Shown here one piece after another: positions 18,630-28,644 of a stretch of DNA of 64,000 bases (position 1 is the stretch's first letter; each line of letters starts with the position of its first letter). Origin of the DNA: Candidatus Zixiibacteriota bacterium. GTDB taxonomy: Bacteria; RBG-13-66-14; B26-G2; WVWN01. Made by a program: the position numbers and the translations under genes. The stretch covers positions 64,001-128,000 of the forward strand of contig JASFLY010000001.1 in NCBI GenBank assembly GCA_050117845.1, in the 5' to 3' direction. Under the pieces are notes generated by a model. That model saw only the letters and a list, made by a program, of their open reading frames with translations. It ran no database searches and had not been told where the DNA came from.

Positions 18630-19589
18630 CTATTGCTCGGCTATCAACAAACGGTTATCGTTATCCATCAGAGCCACATAAACTTTATCGGCGGAAGCGG
18701 CTACGGTTATCGGCTGGCCGGGGCGTTCGTTGACGCGGGTTTCGCCAGCCGACTTGGTCGAACCGTCGGCGTTGAGCTGGTAGAACTTCACCCGGGCCGT
18801 TTTATCGTTCCGGTCGACATAACCCAAGTATATCTCGTCACCGAGTACGGCCACGGCGGGTTTATCCATGGGGTCGGTACGAGCGCGTATCTCCGTCCGG
18901 GTCTCTTTTAAATGCCGGTAAGTGGGCCCCTTGGAGGACTTCTCGACGGCGTACGTCGTGAGCATAAACTTCTTCTCAGAGTTCATCCACGCCACGACCA
19001 TCGTATCGCCGGAGAGCGCTATGGACGACCCCACCACGGTTTCGCACTCCGTCAATTTCCGCTCGTTCTCGCGGGAGAGCTTCCCCTTGCTACTTACGTT
19101 GTAAGTGGCGATCCGGATAAGGTCCTCCTTTTCGTCGGTATACCCGACGAACAGCCGGCCGTCCCCGTACGCCAGGCTGACGCCGCCCCGCGTTCGAATA
19201 CTGGTATTCCGAGTATCGACCCGGTCGATCTTCTCCTTACCTTTAATCTTGTAATGCGCGAGTTCCGCCTTCCCGGAACCGTAATCGACCCACGACAGGA
19301 AAATACTGTCGTCGTCCATCGCCAATGCGAACGGCTCGTTAGTCCGAGACGTCATCGGGACGGACGTCTGGAGGTGGGCTTCGCCGCCGTGGACGGGCGA
19401 CAGCGTGAAACGGCCGAATTTTAACATCCGACCCAACCTCGCCCAAGCCACGTATATGTCGTCGCCGCGGACAGCGATAACAGGCGTAAGCGCCACCTTC
19501 TGGTTGGCGTCATACACGGCCGCGAATGCCGCGACCGCGGATATCACCACCACGGAGCCAAATATTACTAAGCGCCGCACGACGTACAC
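18630..19589 (-). CDS. Secreted hypothetical protein, probable six-bladed beta-propeller
   Basis: Signal peptide; six repeats of P.iav.gd.iyvaw.d (e.g. PVIAVRGDDIYVAW, PAVAVLGDEIYLGY). Confidence 0.6.
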   Translation of the reverse strand: MYVVRRLVIFGSVVVISAVAAFAAVYDANQKVALTPVIAVRGDDIYVAWARLGRMLKFGRFTLSPVHGGEAHLQTSVPMTSRTNEPFALAMDDDSIFLSWVDYGSGKAELAHYKIKGKEKIDRVDTRNTSIRTRGGVSLAYGDGRLFVGYTDEKEDLIRIATYNVSSKGKLSRENERKLTECETVVGSSIALSGDTMVVAWMNSEKKFMLTTYAVEKSSKGPTYRHLKETRTEIRARTDPMDKPAVAVLGDEIYLGYVDRNDKTARVKFYQLNADGSTKSAGETRVNERPGQPITVAASADKVYVALMDNDNRLLIAEQ

Positions 19590-19651
19590 CTCCTTTGGAT
19601 TGCCTGGTTAACCCCCGGGGCCGGCTGTCCCTCCGTACGTTTACGGGCCGG

Positions 19652-20575
19652 TTAGCCTTTCAACGGTATTCCAGCCATCTCGTGCGTGGACCGTTCCAGG
19701 AACAACAACCGTTCCCAGTTCTGGTCGACTATACGCTGTATTTCCTCGACGTGCTCGGCAGTGAGATGGGAGAAGCGGCCCTGTAGCTTTAAGTACTCGG
19801 AGACCGGCGTACGTTTCTTCGGTTTACGGTTAATCGTATAGACGCCCTGATCAACCTCGATAAGGGGCCAGACACCGCTATTGACGGCCAGGCGTACGGC
19901 CTTGACGGAATATTCGGGCGCCATCTTCCACCCCGGGGGGCAACTGGCGAATATCTGGAGGAACTTTGTCCCCTCGATCTCCTTGGCCTTGTTTACCTTC
20001 CTCACCACGTCTTCCGGGAAGGCCATCGCCGCAGTCGCAACGTACGGAATCTGGTGGGCCACCATTATATCGACTAGGTTTTTCTTCGGACGTTTTTTAA
20101 AATGGCGCGAGGGAGTCGTCGTCGTCCAGGCACCCCAGGGCGTCGAACTCGAGCGTTGGACGCCCGTATTCATATACGCCTCGTTGTCGTAGCATATGTA
20201 CATAATGTTATCGTTGCGTTCCGCGGCCCCGGAAAGCGCCTGGATGCCGATGTCCGCGGTTCCGCCGTCGCCCGCCCACGCCACGACGTTGACGTCCTTC
20301 TTGCCGACCATCTCCAAACCCGCGGCCAGGCCGCAGGCCGAGGCCGCGGCGGCCTCGAACGCGATGTGAAAGAGCGGGACCCCCAGCGTCGTATACGGGA
20401 ACGGCCCGTCGATGACCGACCAGCAACACGCCGGTACCGTGTATACGGTATCGGGACCTAATGCCTTAAGGGCGTAGCGCATCGCGAGCGCGGCGCCGCA
20501 CCCCTGGCACGCCAAGTGGCCGGAGCAAATATATTCCTCCGCCGGGATCGTAAGTTTCTTTGGAGCGTCTGCCAT
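19652..20575 (-). CDS. porB: 2-oxoacid (pyruvate/ketoisovalerate):ferredoxin oxidoreductase beta subunit
   Basis: GHLACQGCG; TPP motif GDGGTADIG...DNEAYMNTGVQRSS; CPPGW. Confidence 0.92.
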   Translation of the reverse strand: MADAPKKLTIPAEEYICSGHLACQGCGAALAMRYALKALGPDTVYTVPACCWSVIDGPFPYTTLGVPLFHIAFEAAAASACGLAAGLEMVGKKDVNVVAWAGDGGTADIGIQALSGAAERNDNIMYICYDNEAYMNTGVQRSSSTPWGAWTTTTPSRHFKKRPKKNLVDIMVAHQIPYVATAAMAFPEDVVRKVNKAKEIEGTKFLQIFASCPPGWKMAPEYSVKAVRLAVNSGVWPLIEVDQGVYTINRKPKKRTPVSEYLKLQGRFSHLTAEHVEEIQRIVDQNWERLLFLERSTHEMAGIPLKG

Positions 20576-20610
20576 CGCTTTTCTCCTCTATCCTCAGGCC
20601 AAGCCGGACT

Positions 20611-21759
20611 TTAAGGCTTGACGCCGTACCAGTTGAATTCGGGACAATCGGGTTTCTCGGCCTCGTCGGCTATGGCCAACAAGTCCCGGACCTTGACGTC
20701 GCGGCCTCCCAGGCCAGCGATGAAGCCCAGCACCGGCGGGGCGTTTTCCTGTCCGTAGAGCGAAGCTTTAAGCTCGGAGCAGAATATACCTTCCTGGCCG
20801 AAAGATATGTTCCGATCGACGACCACCACGCGCTTCTTTCCGAGGAGCAGGTCCCGAACCTCCTGCCTCGGGAAAGGCCGGAAGGTCCACATCTTGAGGG
20901 CGCCGATTTTCTTCCCGGCAGCGCGGGCCTCGTCCACGGCGTCTTTGGCCGTCGAGGCTATGGTCCCGGACACTACGAGGACCGTTTCCGCGTCGTCGCA
21001 TTTATACGGTTCGGCCATTTTATAATAGCGGCCGGTAATGTCGCCGTACTCCTGGGTCGCCTTCTTAATAACGTCGCGCGCTTCGAGCATAGCGTTGTGT
21101 TCCATGTATTTTAGTTCGTAATAGTGGTCCGGGCCGGTAAGGCCGCCGTAGGCCGCGGGGTTGGCGGGGTCAACGTTGTGCTTGCCCTGATACGGCGGGA
21201 GGTAACGGTCCGCCTCCTCCTGTTCCGGGAAATCGACCGGTTCGGTGGTATGGCTTAAAAAGAACGCGTCGAGTACAACCATCGCCGGCAACTGTACCTG
21301 TTCGGCTACGCGAAACGCGATGAGGATGCTGTCGAAAACGTCCTGATTCGATTCGGCGTAGAACTGCATCCATCCGGTATCGCGCTGACTCAGGCTGTCT
21401 ATCTGGTCGGTCCAAATGGTCCACGGCGGCCCCATGGCCCGGTTAATGTTGGCCAGCACGACCGGAAGCCGGGCGTTGGCGGCCCAGTGGAGAACCTCGT
21501 GCATGAGCGCGAGGCCTTGGGCCGAGGTCGCCGTGAACGTGCGGGCCCCGGCGGCCGAGGCCCCGATGCAGGCCACCATCGCCGAGTGCTCGCTCTCCAC
21601 CTTAATGAACTTGGCGTCCATAACGCCGTCCGCGACGAACTCGCTAATTTTCTCCACGACCTGCGTCTGGGGCGTTATGGGATACGCGGAGACCACCTGC
21701 GCCCGGGCTACCCGGGCCGCGTGTGATACCGTGTGATTACCGGTTACGACTTCTTTCAT
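20611..21759 (-). CDS. porA: 2-oxoacid:ferredoxin oxidoreductase alpha subunit
   Basis: AYPITPQT, ESEHSAM, TATSAQGL, FRPFP, GLGGRD. Confidence 0.94.
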   Translation of the reverse strand: MKEVVTGNHTVSHAARVARAQVVSAYPITPQTQVVEKISEFVADGVMDAKFIKVESEHSAMVACIGASAAGARTFTATSAQGLALMHEVLHWAANARLPVVLANINRAMGPPWTIWTDQIDSLSQRDTGWMQFYAESNQDVFDSILIAFRVAEQVQLPAMVVLDAFFLSHTTEPVDFPEQEEADRYLPPYQGKHNVDPANPAAYGGLTGPDHYYELKYMEHNAMLEARDVIKKATQEYGDITGRYYKMAEPYKCDDAETVLVVSGTIASTAKDAVDEARAAGKKIGALKMWTFRPFPRQEVRDLLLGKKRVVVVDRNISFGQEGIFCSELKASLYGQENAPPVLGFIAGLGGRDVKVRDLLAIADEAEKPDCPEFNWYGVKP

Positions 21760-21810
21760 AATTTAACCTTTCGATAAAGAGCCCTGGACGGGGAGGGCGG
21801 GCCTCCCGCC

Positions 21811-22089
21811 TTAAAGACCTTCCTTCATCTCGATACAGTTAACGGGGCATTCCTCGGCGCAGACGCCGCACCCCTTACAATAATCCAGAATGACCTCGGG
21901 TGGGTCGGTACAGGTGATGGCCAGGTCCGGGCAGAATTTCCAGCAGAGCATGCACCGGGTACATTTCTCGTGGTCAATAACGGGCGTAACGTTCCGCCAG
22001 GACCCGGTTTTATTCCAGGACATCCGACCCAGGCTCTTCGCCATCGGCGGCATATCGCTCGCGCCGCGGATTTCAATCTTTTCGGTCAT
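21811..22089 (-). CDS. porD: 2-oxoacid:ferredoxin oxidoreductase delta subunit, 2x[4Fe-4S]
   Basis: KTGSWR; CTRCMLCWKFCPD and YCKGCGVCAEECP. Confidence 0.92.
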   Translation of the reverse strand: MTEKIEIRGASDMPPMAKSLGRMSWNKTGSWRNVTPVIDHEKCTRCMLCWKFCPDLAITCTDPPEVILDYCKGCGVCAEECPVNCIEMKEGL

Positions 22090-22091
22090 CG

Positions 22092-25000
22092 TTACCTCGC
22101 CTTACGTTTACGGCCGGCGGCCGGTTTCTCGCTCGCGACCAGCGAGCGGATGCGGTCGGCCTTCTGCTTGTTACCCAAATTCTCAAAATACCTCGCCGCG
22201 GCGACGAGAAGAGGTTGCGCCCTTTGCGCTTCTTCCGCCTCCGCGAAGAATTTACCGTAATCGACCCGGGCCTGGGCGGCGGCCAACGTGTCCGTCGCGG
22301 CCAGCACGTCTACCGCCTTCTTGAAATAGCGGGCCGCGGCGCCCCGGCTGCCCGAGGCCGCGGCGGTCAGGGCGTTAGCGTACGCGAGCATTCCCCCCCA
22401 GCGGCGGCCCGGCACACGGCTTATCATTTCCTTGGCCTTGGCGGCCGCCTTCTGCGCCCGCTTCGGACGGCCGGCCCGGGCATAGGCCGCCGCCAGTCGT
22501 ATTTGTGCCTTTAGGCCCAGGTAAGGCTCGAGCGACTTCTTCCCGGCCTTGGCCGCTTCGCTGAAACAACGGCACGCCTCGTCGTAATCGCCCCTCGCGG
22601 CCGCCACCCGGCCAGCGGCGTAATTATAAGAATAATCCAGATTGAAAGCGGTCAATTCCTCGGCGCGACGGGATGCCTGCTTGAGGTACTGGTTCGCCGA
22701 GGCGCTCCGCCCCGCCTCGGCCTGGGCCGCGCCGAGCGTAACCAGACACCGAAATTCACGGTACTTGTCGTCCGCCTTCCGCGCCAGCCGGAGCGCAGCT
22801 TTCAACTCGTCCAAGGCTCCGCCGAAATCCGCCCGGCGCAAACCTATCGCCCCCAGGTTATAACGCGCTTCCGCTTCGAGCCGTTTCCGGCCGGCTTGGC
22901 GAGCGATGGAAATCGCCCGTTCGAGGTAATCCGTCGCGGCCTTTAAATCGTCGTCGTATGCTTTCGCGTAAGCCAACCGTATTAAAATGGAGGCCGTTAT
23001 TGCCCGGTTGCCCAAACCGGCCGCTATACCGAGGGCGTCGTTAAAGAACCGGAGGGCTTCTTTGAAAACGCCGTCGCGCAGGGCGGAGACGCCGAGCTCG
23101 GCCAACGCCGCGGCTTCGCCCCGCCGATTGCCGATTTCGCCCGCCAGCTTAAGCGCCCGGCGATAGCACTCGGTCGCCCCCCGCACATCGCCGCGCGACG
23201 AGGCGATGTCGCCGATCCCCCCCGCGACGAGCATCGACAGGTTCTTGTCGCCGCCCTTGGCCGCCATCGTCTCGGCCATGTGGAAATAACTCAACGCCTT
23301 GGGCAAATCGAAATTGCGGGCCGAGCGTTCGCCCAGATTGTAAAGGGCCCGGGCGATATCCGGCGTCGCGTCGGATTTCTTAAAGACGGCCAAAGCAGCG
23401 TCGAGATTCGACACCGCCCGGGCCTCGTCGCCCAGCGCCCCGTACGCCCGGCCCGCCAGGTTCATCGCCTTCGCGAGGCTTAAAAGATCGTCGATTTCCC
23501 GGGCGGCCTCTTTAGCCTTTTCCAGCACCCCCACGGCGTCCCCGAACTTCCCCTGGGCCAGGTAAATCTCGCCGCGCCGGGAGTTGAGTTCGACGAGTTC
23601 GCGGCGTATTAATTCGTCGCCGAAACCGCCCTTGCCGATTTTCGCCGCGGCCACGGCCATGCGGTCGTAGTGCTTAAGGGCCTCGGGGGCTTCGTACGTC
23701 CCCCACGCCCGGTCGCCGGCGAGCCGCGCGAAGACCAAAACCTTCTCCCACAATTCGCCGACGTACGAATGCCAGGACAGATCGGGAACGACGTCCAAGT
23801 CGCCCTCACGGAAACGCCGCTCCAGATAGCGGGCTATGTTCTGGTGGAGGCGTTTGCGCCGCCGCTTCCCTATCTGTCGATAAACCTCGTCCCGCAATCG
23901 GCCGTGGGCGAAACGATAGCGCTCGGCGTTGCCGGCGGCCGGTACTATTAATTCGTGTTCGGTACACACGTCCAGGATATCGGCGAGGTAACCTTCGTTA
24001 ATGGTGACCGCGGCGCGAATGCCCTCGGCCGTAAATTCGTCCCCCAGCGCCGCCGCCGCTTCCAGGACCTTAACCGTCCGGTCGTCCAACCGACTGAGTC
24101 GCCGCTGGATAATGCCGCGAACCGAACCCGGCACCTCGTACTCCGCCGGGATGCTTTCGCCCTCGACGGCGAACCGGCGCGGCGACATCCCGTCCTCGTA
24201 GAAAGACTTCAACGTCTCTTCCACGAAAAGCGGGTTACCCTCCGTTTCGCGGTACACGAAATCGGCGAAACTCGGCGCCACTTCCGGGACGCGGAAAATA
24301 AGCCGTATCATCTCGGCCACGGCTTCGGCGCCCAAGCGCTCGAGTTTAATCGTATCGACGTTGCGGTCTCGGATGACCGCTCGCAGGGCCGTCGACAATT
24401 CGGGCGTCCGAGCCCGGTGCCCCGCGAGTTCCTCCGGCCTGTACGTCGTTATCGTTAATATCTTTTCGGTCGTAAGGCCGTTCAAGAGGAAACGCAAAAG
24501 CGAAAGCGACCCTTCCTCAGCCCAGTGGATATCCTCCAAAACCAGCGCCACGGGGCCGCGGGAGGCCAAAGCCGTCAACAAATAGCGGAATCCCACGAAG
24601 AGGCGGAGGCGCGCCTGCTCCGGCCCGAGTTCGTAAAAGGGCGCGGTATCGAAGCCGAAGGCCGCCAATTCCGGAATAACGTTGTATAGTTCCCGTTGGT
24701 ACGCTCGGGGGATGCCGGCCACGCGTGCGGCTACGTTTTCGGGCGGCGATTTTAGGAACCCGGCCACAGCCTCCCGGAAAGGCTGATAGGCGAACCCGGT
24801 AGGCTCCTCGAAGGATTGTCCCTCCAGAACGGCCACGCCCTGCATACCCAAGAAATCCACGAAATCCCGAACCAGCCTGGTTTTGCCCACGCCGGTTTCG
24901 CCGATTATCGTTACCAGTCCCCCGCGGCCGTCGCCGGCCCGGCCCCATAATTTTCGGAGCAGCCTTTTTTCGCGTTCGCGCCCCACCATCTTGGGGCAGA

Positions 25001-25571
25001 ATACGGGGCGGGACAAGCGCTCCTCCAACGCCTCGGCTTCGCTCGCCCGCGCCTGGTCGACCGCCATGTTCCGGCCGCGGTGTTTGGCGACGAGAAGGGC
25101 CTGGTCCGCCTTGTCAAGGATACTCTGCGCGTCGCCGGCGTCCACCGGGAACGCCGCCACACCGACGCTGAGGGTGATATGGACGTCCCGTTTGGCCCGA
25201 TTGGAATAAACCGGCGTCCGTCGGAAGTCGGCCAGTACGCGTTCGGCCGCGTATATAGCCTCGTCCGAGCCGGTTTCGGGCAGAATAGCGGCGAACTCGT
25301 CTCCGGCGTAACGGAACACCAGGTCGACGCCACGAACGACGTTCCGGAGCCTACCGGCGACGTCCCGGAGGACCTCGTCTCCGGTCAGATGGCCGAAAAC
25401 GTCGTTTATTTCTTTGAAACGGTCGATATCGACGAAAAGAAGGGCGAACGTACGGCCGTAACGCTTGGCGCGGGCTACCTCTTCGTCCAAACGCTGGAAG
25501 AAGTACCGGCGGTTATACGTCCGCGTACATTCGTCGATAAATAGTAGCTGTTCCAGCTCCGGCTCGGCCAT
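22092..25571 (-). CDS. Diguanylate cyclase-STAND (AAA_16/MalT-type) NTPase-TPR protein
   Basis: N-terminal GGDEF domain (DIDRFKEINDVFGH..GD, RxxD, RYAGDEF); Walker A GETGVGKT, Walker B LVLEDIHWAE, TEGNPLF; long TPR tail. Confidence 0.9.
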   Translation of the reverse strand: MAEPELEQLLFIDECTRTYNRRYFFQRLDEEVARAKRYGRTFALLFVDIDRFKEINDVFGHLTGDEVLRDVAGRLRNVVRGVDLVFRYAGDEFAAILPETGSDEAIYAAERVLADFRRTPVYSNRAKRDVHITLSVGVAAFPVDAGDAQSILDKADQALLVAKHRGRNMAVDQARASEAEALEERLSRPVFCPKMVGREREKRLLRKLWGRAGDGRGGLVTIIGETGVGKTRLVRDFVDFLGMQGVAVLEGQSFEEPTGFAYQPFREAVAGFLKSPPENVAARVAGIPRAYQRELYNVIPELAAFGFDTAPFYELGPEQARLRLFVGFRYLLTALASRGPVALVLEDIHWAEEGSLSLLRFLLNGLTTEKILTITTYRPEELAGHRARTPELSTALRAVIRDRNVDTIKLERLGAEAVAEMIRLIFRVPEVAPSFADFVYRETEGNPLFVEETLKSFYEDGMSPRRFAVEGESIPAEYEVPGSVRGIIQRRLSRLDDRTVKVLEAAAALGDEFTAEGIRAAVTINEGYLADILDVCTEHELIVPAAGNAERYRFAHGRLRDEVYRQIGKRRRKRLHQNIARYLERRFREGDLDVVPDLSWHSYVGELWEKVLVFARLAGDRAWGTYEAPEALKHYDRMAVAAAKIGKGGFGDELIRRELVELNSRRGEIYLAQGKFGDAVGVLEKAKEAAREIDDLLSLAKAMNLAGRAYGALGDEARAVSNLDAALAVFKKSDATPDIARALYNLGERSARNFDLPKALSYFHMAETMAAKGGDKNLSMLVAGGIGDIASSRGDVRGATECYRRALKLAGEIGNRRGEAAALAELGVSALRDGVFKEALRFFNDALGIAAGLGNRAITASILIRLAYAKAYDDDLKAATDYLERAISIARQAGRKRLEAEARYNLGAIGLRRADFGGALDELKAALRLARKADDKYREFRCLVTLGAAQAEAGRSASANQYLKQASRRAEELTAFNLDYSYNYAAGRVAAARGDYDEACRCFSEAAKAGKKSLEPYLGLKAQIRLAAAYARAGRPKRAQKAAAKAKEMISRVPGRRWGGMLAYANALTAAASGSRGAAARYFKKAVDVLAATDTLAAAQARVDYGKFFAEAEEAQRAQPLLVAAARYFENLGNKQKADRIRSLVASEKPAAGRKRKAR

Positions 25572-25611
25572 GAGCCGCCACCGCCATAGATGGGTTTTGC
25601 CGGGGTCGCGG

Positions 25612-26166
25612 TTACGCCGCCGGCGCGGCTTCGAACGCGGCCCGGGCTACCTTGGCGTTTTTCCCGTCTTTATCTCGAGGGAAGTATTTCCGGATGGAAT
25701 CCGCCAACGCGTCGATACCTACGAGGCCCGTAACCTTGGCGAAGACGCCGAGCATCGTCGTGTTGACGATGGGGGCCGTCCGGCTTCCGAGGCCGTGGTC
25801 GACGGCCAACGACGTACCGTCGAAGGTGCGGATGTCGAAACCGTCACCCAGCTTCAACGCCCCGGGTTCCAGGGGAGAGTTAACGATTATCTTCCCCGAC
25901 GGTTTTACGCCCGACGTCACGTCGACCGCCTCGACCAACGTGGGATCCAGTACCATGACGTAACCCGGCTCTTCGATCTCACATTTAACCCTGATGGGTT
26001 TATCGTCGACCCGGATGAACGCCGCTACCGGCGCGCCGCGCCGTTCCACGCCGAACATGGGAAAGGATTGGACGTTGCGCCCTTCGTTAAAAATCGCGTC
26101 GGCGATAATACTCGACGCCATCGCGGCGCCCTGGCCGCCGCGGCCGTGGAACCTAATCTCTATCAT
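25612..26166 (-). CDS. porG: 2-oxoacid:ferredoxin oxidoreductase gamma subunit
   Basis: EIRFHGRGGQGA, FGVERRGAPV, NTTMLG. Confidence 0.93.
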   Translation of the reverse strand: MIEIRFHGRGGQGAAMASSIIADAIFNEGRNVQSFPMFGVERRGAPVAAFIRVDDKPIRVKCEIEEPGYVMVLDPTLVEAVDVTSGVKPSGKIIVNSPLEPGALKLGDGFDIRTFDGTSLAVDHGLGSRTAPIVNTTMLGVFAKVTGLVGIDALADSIRKYFPRDKDGKNAKVARAAFEAAPAA

Positions 26167-26221
26167 AGCTTACCCCTACTCTAGCCGCGCGCCCTACGCG
26201 CGACTTAAGGAATGGATTTTC

Positions 26222-26250
26222 ACTATAAGACACACGTGCGGCTTTTGCAA
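26222..26250 (-). promoter_or_regulatory. sigma70-type promoter for the por operon
   Basis: Minus strand TTGCAA-17 nt-TATAGT. Confidence 0.6.
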
Positions 26251-26362
26251 GTCCTTTCAATCACCGTCCTAAACGTCGGATCCGGGGAACGGCGGCGAAA
26301 CCGCGTTATTCTTAATCCGAGGGGAACCCCCACCCCGAATTCTCCAAACGTATATTATTCGG

Positions 26363-26791
26363 TTACTCCAACTCCTCCGGCCGTGGCAGGCGGCCCGATT
26401 CCGCCAACCGCGCGGCGAGCCGCCCCATACTCTCGAACTGCCGCATGCAAAGCTTATACTCTTCGGCCGTGATGCCGGCTGTCCGCGGATAAAGATATAC
26501 TAACAGGCCGTCACGCGAACCTAATAGCGTCCGGACTGGGGGGCAGGGGAAATCGGCGCAATCGGCGCAGATATCGGCGCCCCGTTCGCGGGCGCAAGGC
26601 CGGACCTTACATTCCTTATCGGCGACTACGCCGTCGCTGCGGCAACCGTCGCATTTAACGTTTTCAGCGGTGTAACATTCGTGGCCGAAATATTTACGCC
26701 AACCGTCCACCAACTTCTGCCGGAGCGCTACGTCGTCGCTTCGGGCCGCGCAGGAAGCGCAGTCGTAACCGCAATAACCTATCATTTCCAC
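26363..26791 (-). CDS. DUF3795-type Cys-rich protein
   Basis: GYCGYDCASC...CDGCRS...CKVRPCA...CADCADFPC. Confidence 0.8.
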   Translation of the reverse strand: MEMIGYCGYDCASCAARSDDVALRQKLVDGWRKYFGHECYTAENVKCDGCRSDGVVADKECKVRPCARERGADICADCADFPCPPVRTLLGSRDGLLVYLYPRTAGITAEEYKLCMRQFESMGRLAARLAESGRLPRPEELE

Positions 26792-26875
26792 GAATACGCC
26801 TCCCCTTCGACCCGTCGCATCGGGTTCGATTTCGAACTTAAGAGGCGACGAAAACCACGCCGGAGGATATCGCCC

Positions 26876-27145
26876 CTAACTCGGCAGCCGGGCCAAAGCC
26901 GCCGCCAATTCACTTTCTGACCGGCCCTCTATCTCCAACAATTTATACCGGGCCGTAGCGCCGCGGAGTACTTTAACGGCTCCGGGCCGCACGCCCAGAA
27001 ACGCCGCTACCAGCGCGACGAGTTCCTTGTTGGCCTTGCCCGCCTCCGGGGCCGCGGCCACCCGGACTTTAAGGACGTCGCCTTGCCGGCCCGCTACGCC
27101 CGGCCGCCGGGCTTTGGGCGTGACCTGGACCTCGAGGCGAGCCAC
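26876..27145 (-). CDS. DUF167 (YggU/UPF0235) family protein
   Basis: V.VTPKA...LKVRVAAAPEAGKAN...GATARYK. Confidence 0.88.
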   Translation of the reverse strand: MARLEVQVTPKARRPGVAGRQGDVLKVRVAAAPEAGKANKELVALVAAFLGVRPGAVKVLRGATARYKLLEIEGRSESELAAALARLPS

Positions 27146-27149
27146 TGGC

Positions 27150-27752
27150 CTAGCCCCCTTCGCCGTTCCCGGTCACTTCGATTTCGAGTTCACCGCCGTC
27201 AGCCGTGGGTTCTTTCCTCGGCGGCGCGGCCTGCGGACGGTTCTCGGCGGGCGCGGCCGGTTTCGTTTTTTCGGGAGTTTTCGCTGGATCGGCCCCGGCA
27301 CCCTCGGTTTTGGCGTAATCGGCGAGGAAGCGGTACTGTTGATCCAAAAAGGCTTTATATCGGATAACGAAAGAATCCCGGTAACGCCGGAGGTCGTCCA
27401 CTTGCGCTTGGATGCGAACCAATTTCTTATGGGCGTCGGCGACGATACGTTGCGCCTCCGCCCGCGCCAACGCCGAGGCGGCCTCGACTTTATGTTGGGA
27501 CGCCTTGGCTATCTCCTCTTTCATTTCCTGCGCCGTGACGAGTGTATCTTTCAACCGCTGGTCGAGGTTCTGGTATTCGGCAACTCGTTCATCGAGAACC
27601 TTTATTCGGTCTTTTAGATGTAGGTTCTCCTGAACGTGCGTTTCAAGTTCGTCGGCCACCTGAGCGAGGAACGCGTCGACCTCGTCCATATCGTAGCCGC
27701 GCAAACTCCTTCGAAATTCCTGGGCGTGGATGTCCTGGGGAGTAATCTTCAT
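27150..27752 (-). CDS. divIVA: DivIVA domain protein
   Basis: ITPQDI...F.RSLRGYDMDEVDAFL followed by coiled coil. Confidence 0.88.
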   Translation of the reverse strand: MKITPQDIHAQEFRRSLRGYDMDEVDAFLAQVADELETHVQENLHLKDRIKVLDERVAEYQNLDQRLKDTLVTAQEMKEEIAKASQHKVEAASALARAEAQRIVADAHKKLVRIQAQVDDLRRYRDSFVIRYKAFLDQQYRFLADYAKTEGAGADPAKTPEKTKPAAPAENRPQAAPPRKEPTADGGELEIEVTGNGEGG

Positions 27753-28048
27753 TTACGACCTCCGCCGGGCGCAACGGCCCGACCCATTAGGCGAGGCGGT
27801 ACTCGTCAAAGAGCCGTTAGGATTAGGGCGGCCCGGCGGATTACGAAATCGACCCTTCGGCCGGGGTACGCCACTGCCGGATACTACCCGCGCCCGGAAC
27901 GCAAAACAAGCCGCCCGGCGGCAATTCGGCTCCGATAAAGGTATTCCAGCAATCCGAACGGGGGAAATTAGGTGCATTCATCGCGTTCGTAGAAATATAT
28001 CAACGGCGTGGCGCCGTGTCAAGGGATTCGCGGAACCGGAGAAGAGGC

Positions 28049-28075
28049 AAAAACGCCCCGCCGAGGGGCGGGGCG
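28049..28075 (-). terminator. Rho-independent terminator
   Basis: Minus strand CGCCCCGCC-CCTC-GGCGGGGCG-TTTTT. Confidence 0.8.
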
Positions 28076-28101
28076 CTCGATTAAATCCGTATCGAAAGCG
28101 A

Positions 28102-28587
28102 TTAGGCCCCGAAGAAATCCTCGGGCTCGACGTCGCGGAACGGAAACTCGTCTATAGAGCGGAACTTCATAACGGGCATAATCGTTTCGGCGACGTAAAT
28201 GGGGGCGTTACACCTAACGGCGAGTGCGACCGCGTCGGAGGGACGGACCTCCAAACACACCGGGTCGGCCCCGTTGGCCGCCTGGACTTCCAGCGTAGCG
28301 CCGAAGACACGGGACTCCGTCAACTCGTCGATTATAACGCGCTTGATGCTGACGCCGCCGACCTCGGCTAACGACAGAGCGGTATCGTGCTCCAAAGGAA
28401 CGCCGACGTATTCGCGCCTGTACTCCGGGTCTATCGCCGCGCACACCGATCTGGCCGCGGCCTTCGACACGGCGATCACGAAGGCCCGATTGTCGCCGAC
28501 CTCCTGTAGTACGATTAACGGCGTACCGCCCTCGTCGTAATACTTGACGCCGGTAATCCGGAATTCGTTATACGTTGCCACTCGCAT
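28102..28587 (-). CDS. Bifunctional nuclease (DUF151) family protein
   Basis: PLIVL.E...; PLEHD; RPSDAVALAVRCNAPIYV. Confidence 0.82.
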   Translation of the reverse strand: MRVATYNEFRITGVKYYDEGGTPLIVLQEVGDNRAFVIAVSKAAARSVCAAIDPEYRREYVGVPLEHDTALSLAEVGGVSIKRVIIDELTESRVFGATLEVQAANGADPVCLEVRPSDAVALAVRCNAPIYVAETIMPVMKFRSIDEFPFRDVEPEDFFGA

Positions 28588-28644
28588 ACCCCCCGCGCGG
28601 CCTATAAACGCCGATCCTTCCCTACCCTTACGAAGGAATATTAA

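Noticed and set aside
27753..27910. Riboswitch or yggT in the divIVA leader
   Set aside because: A promoter-like TTGTTT-17-TAGTAT is present, but no known aptamer consensus or YGGT-like ORF was recognised
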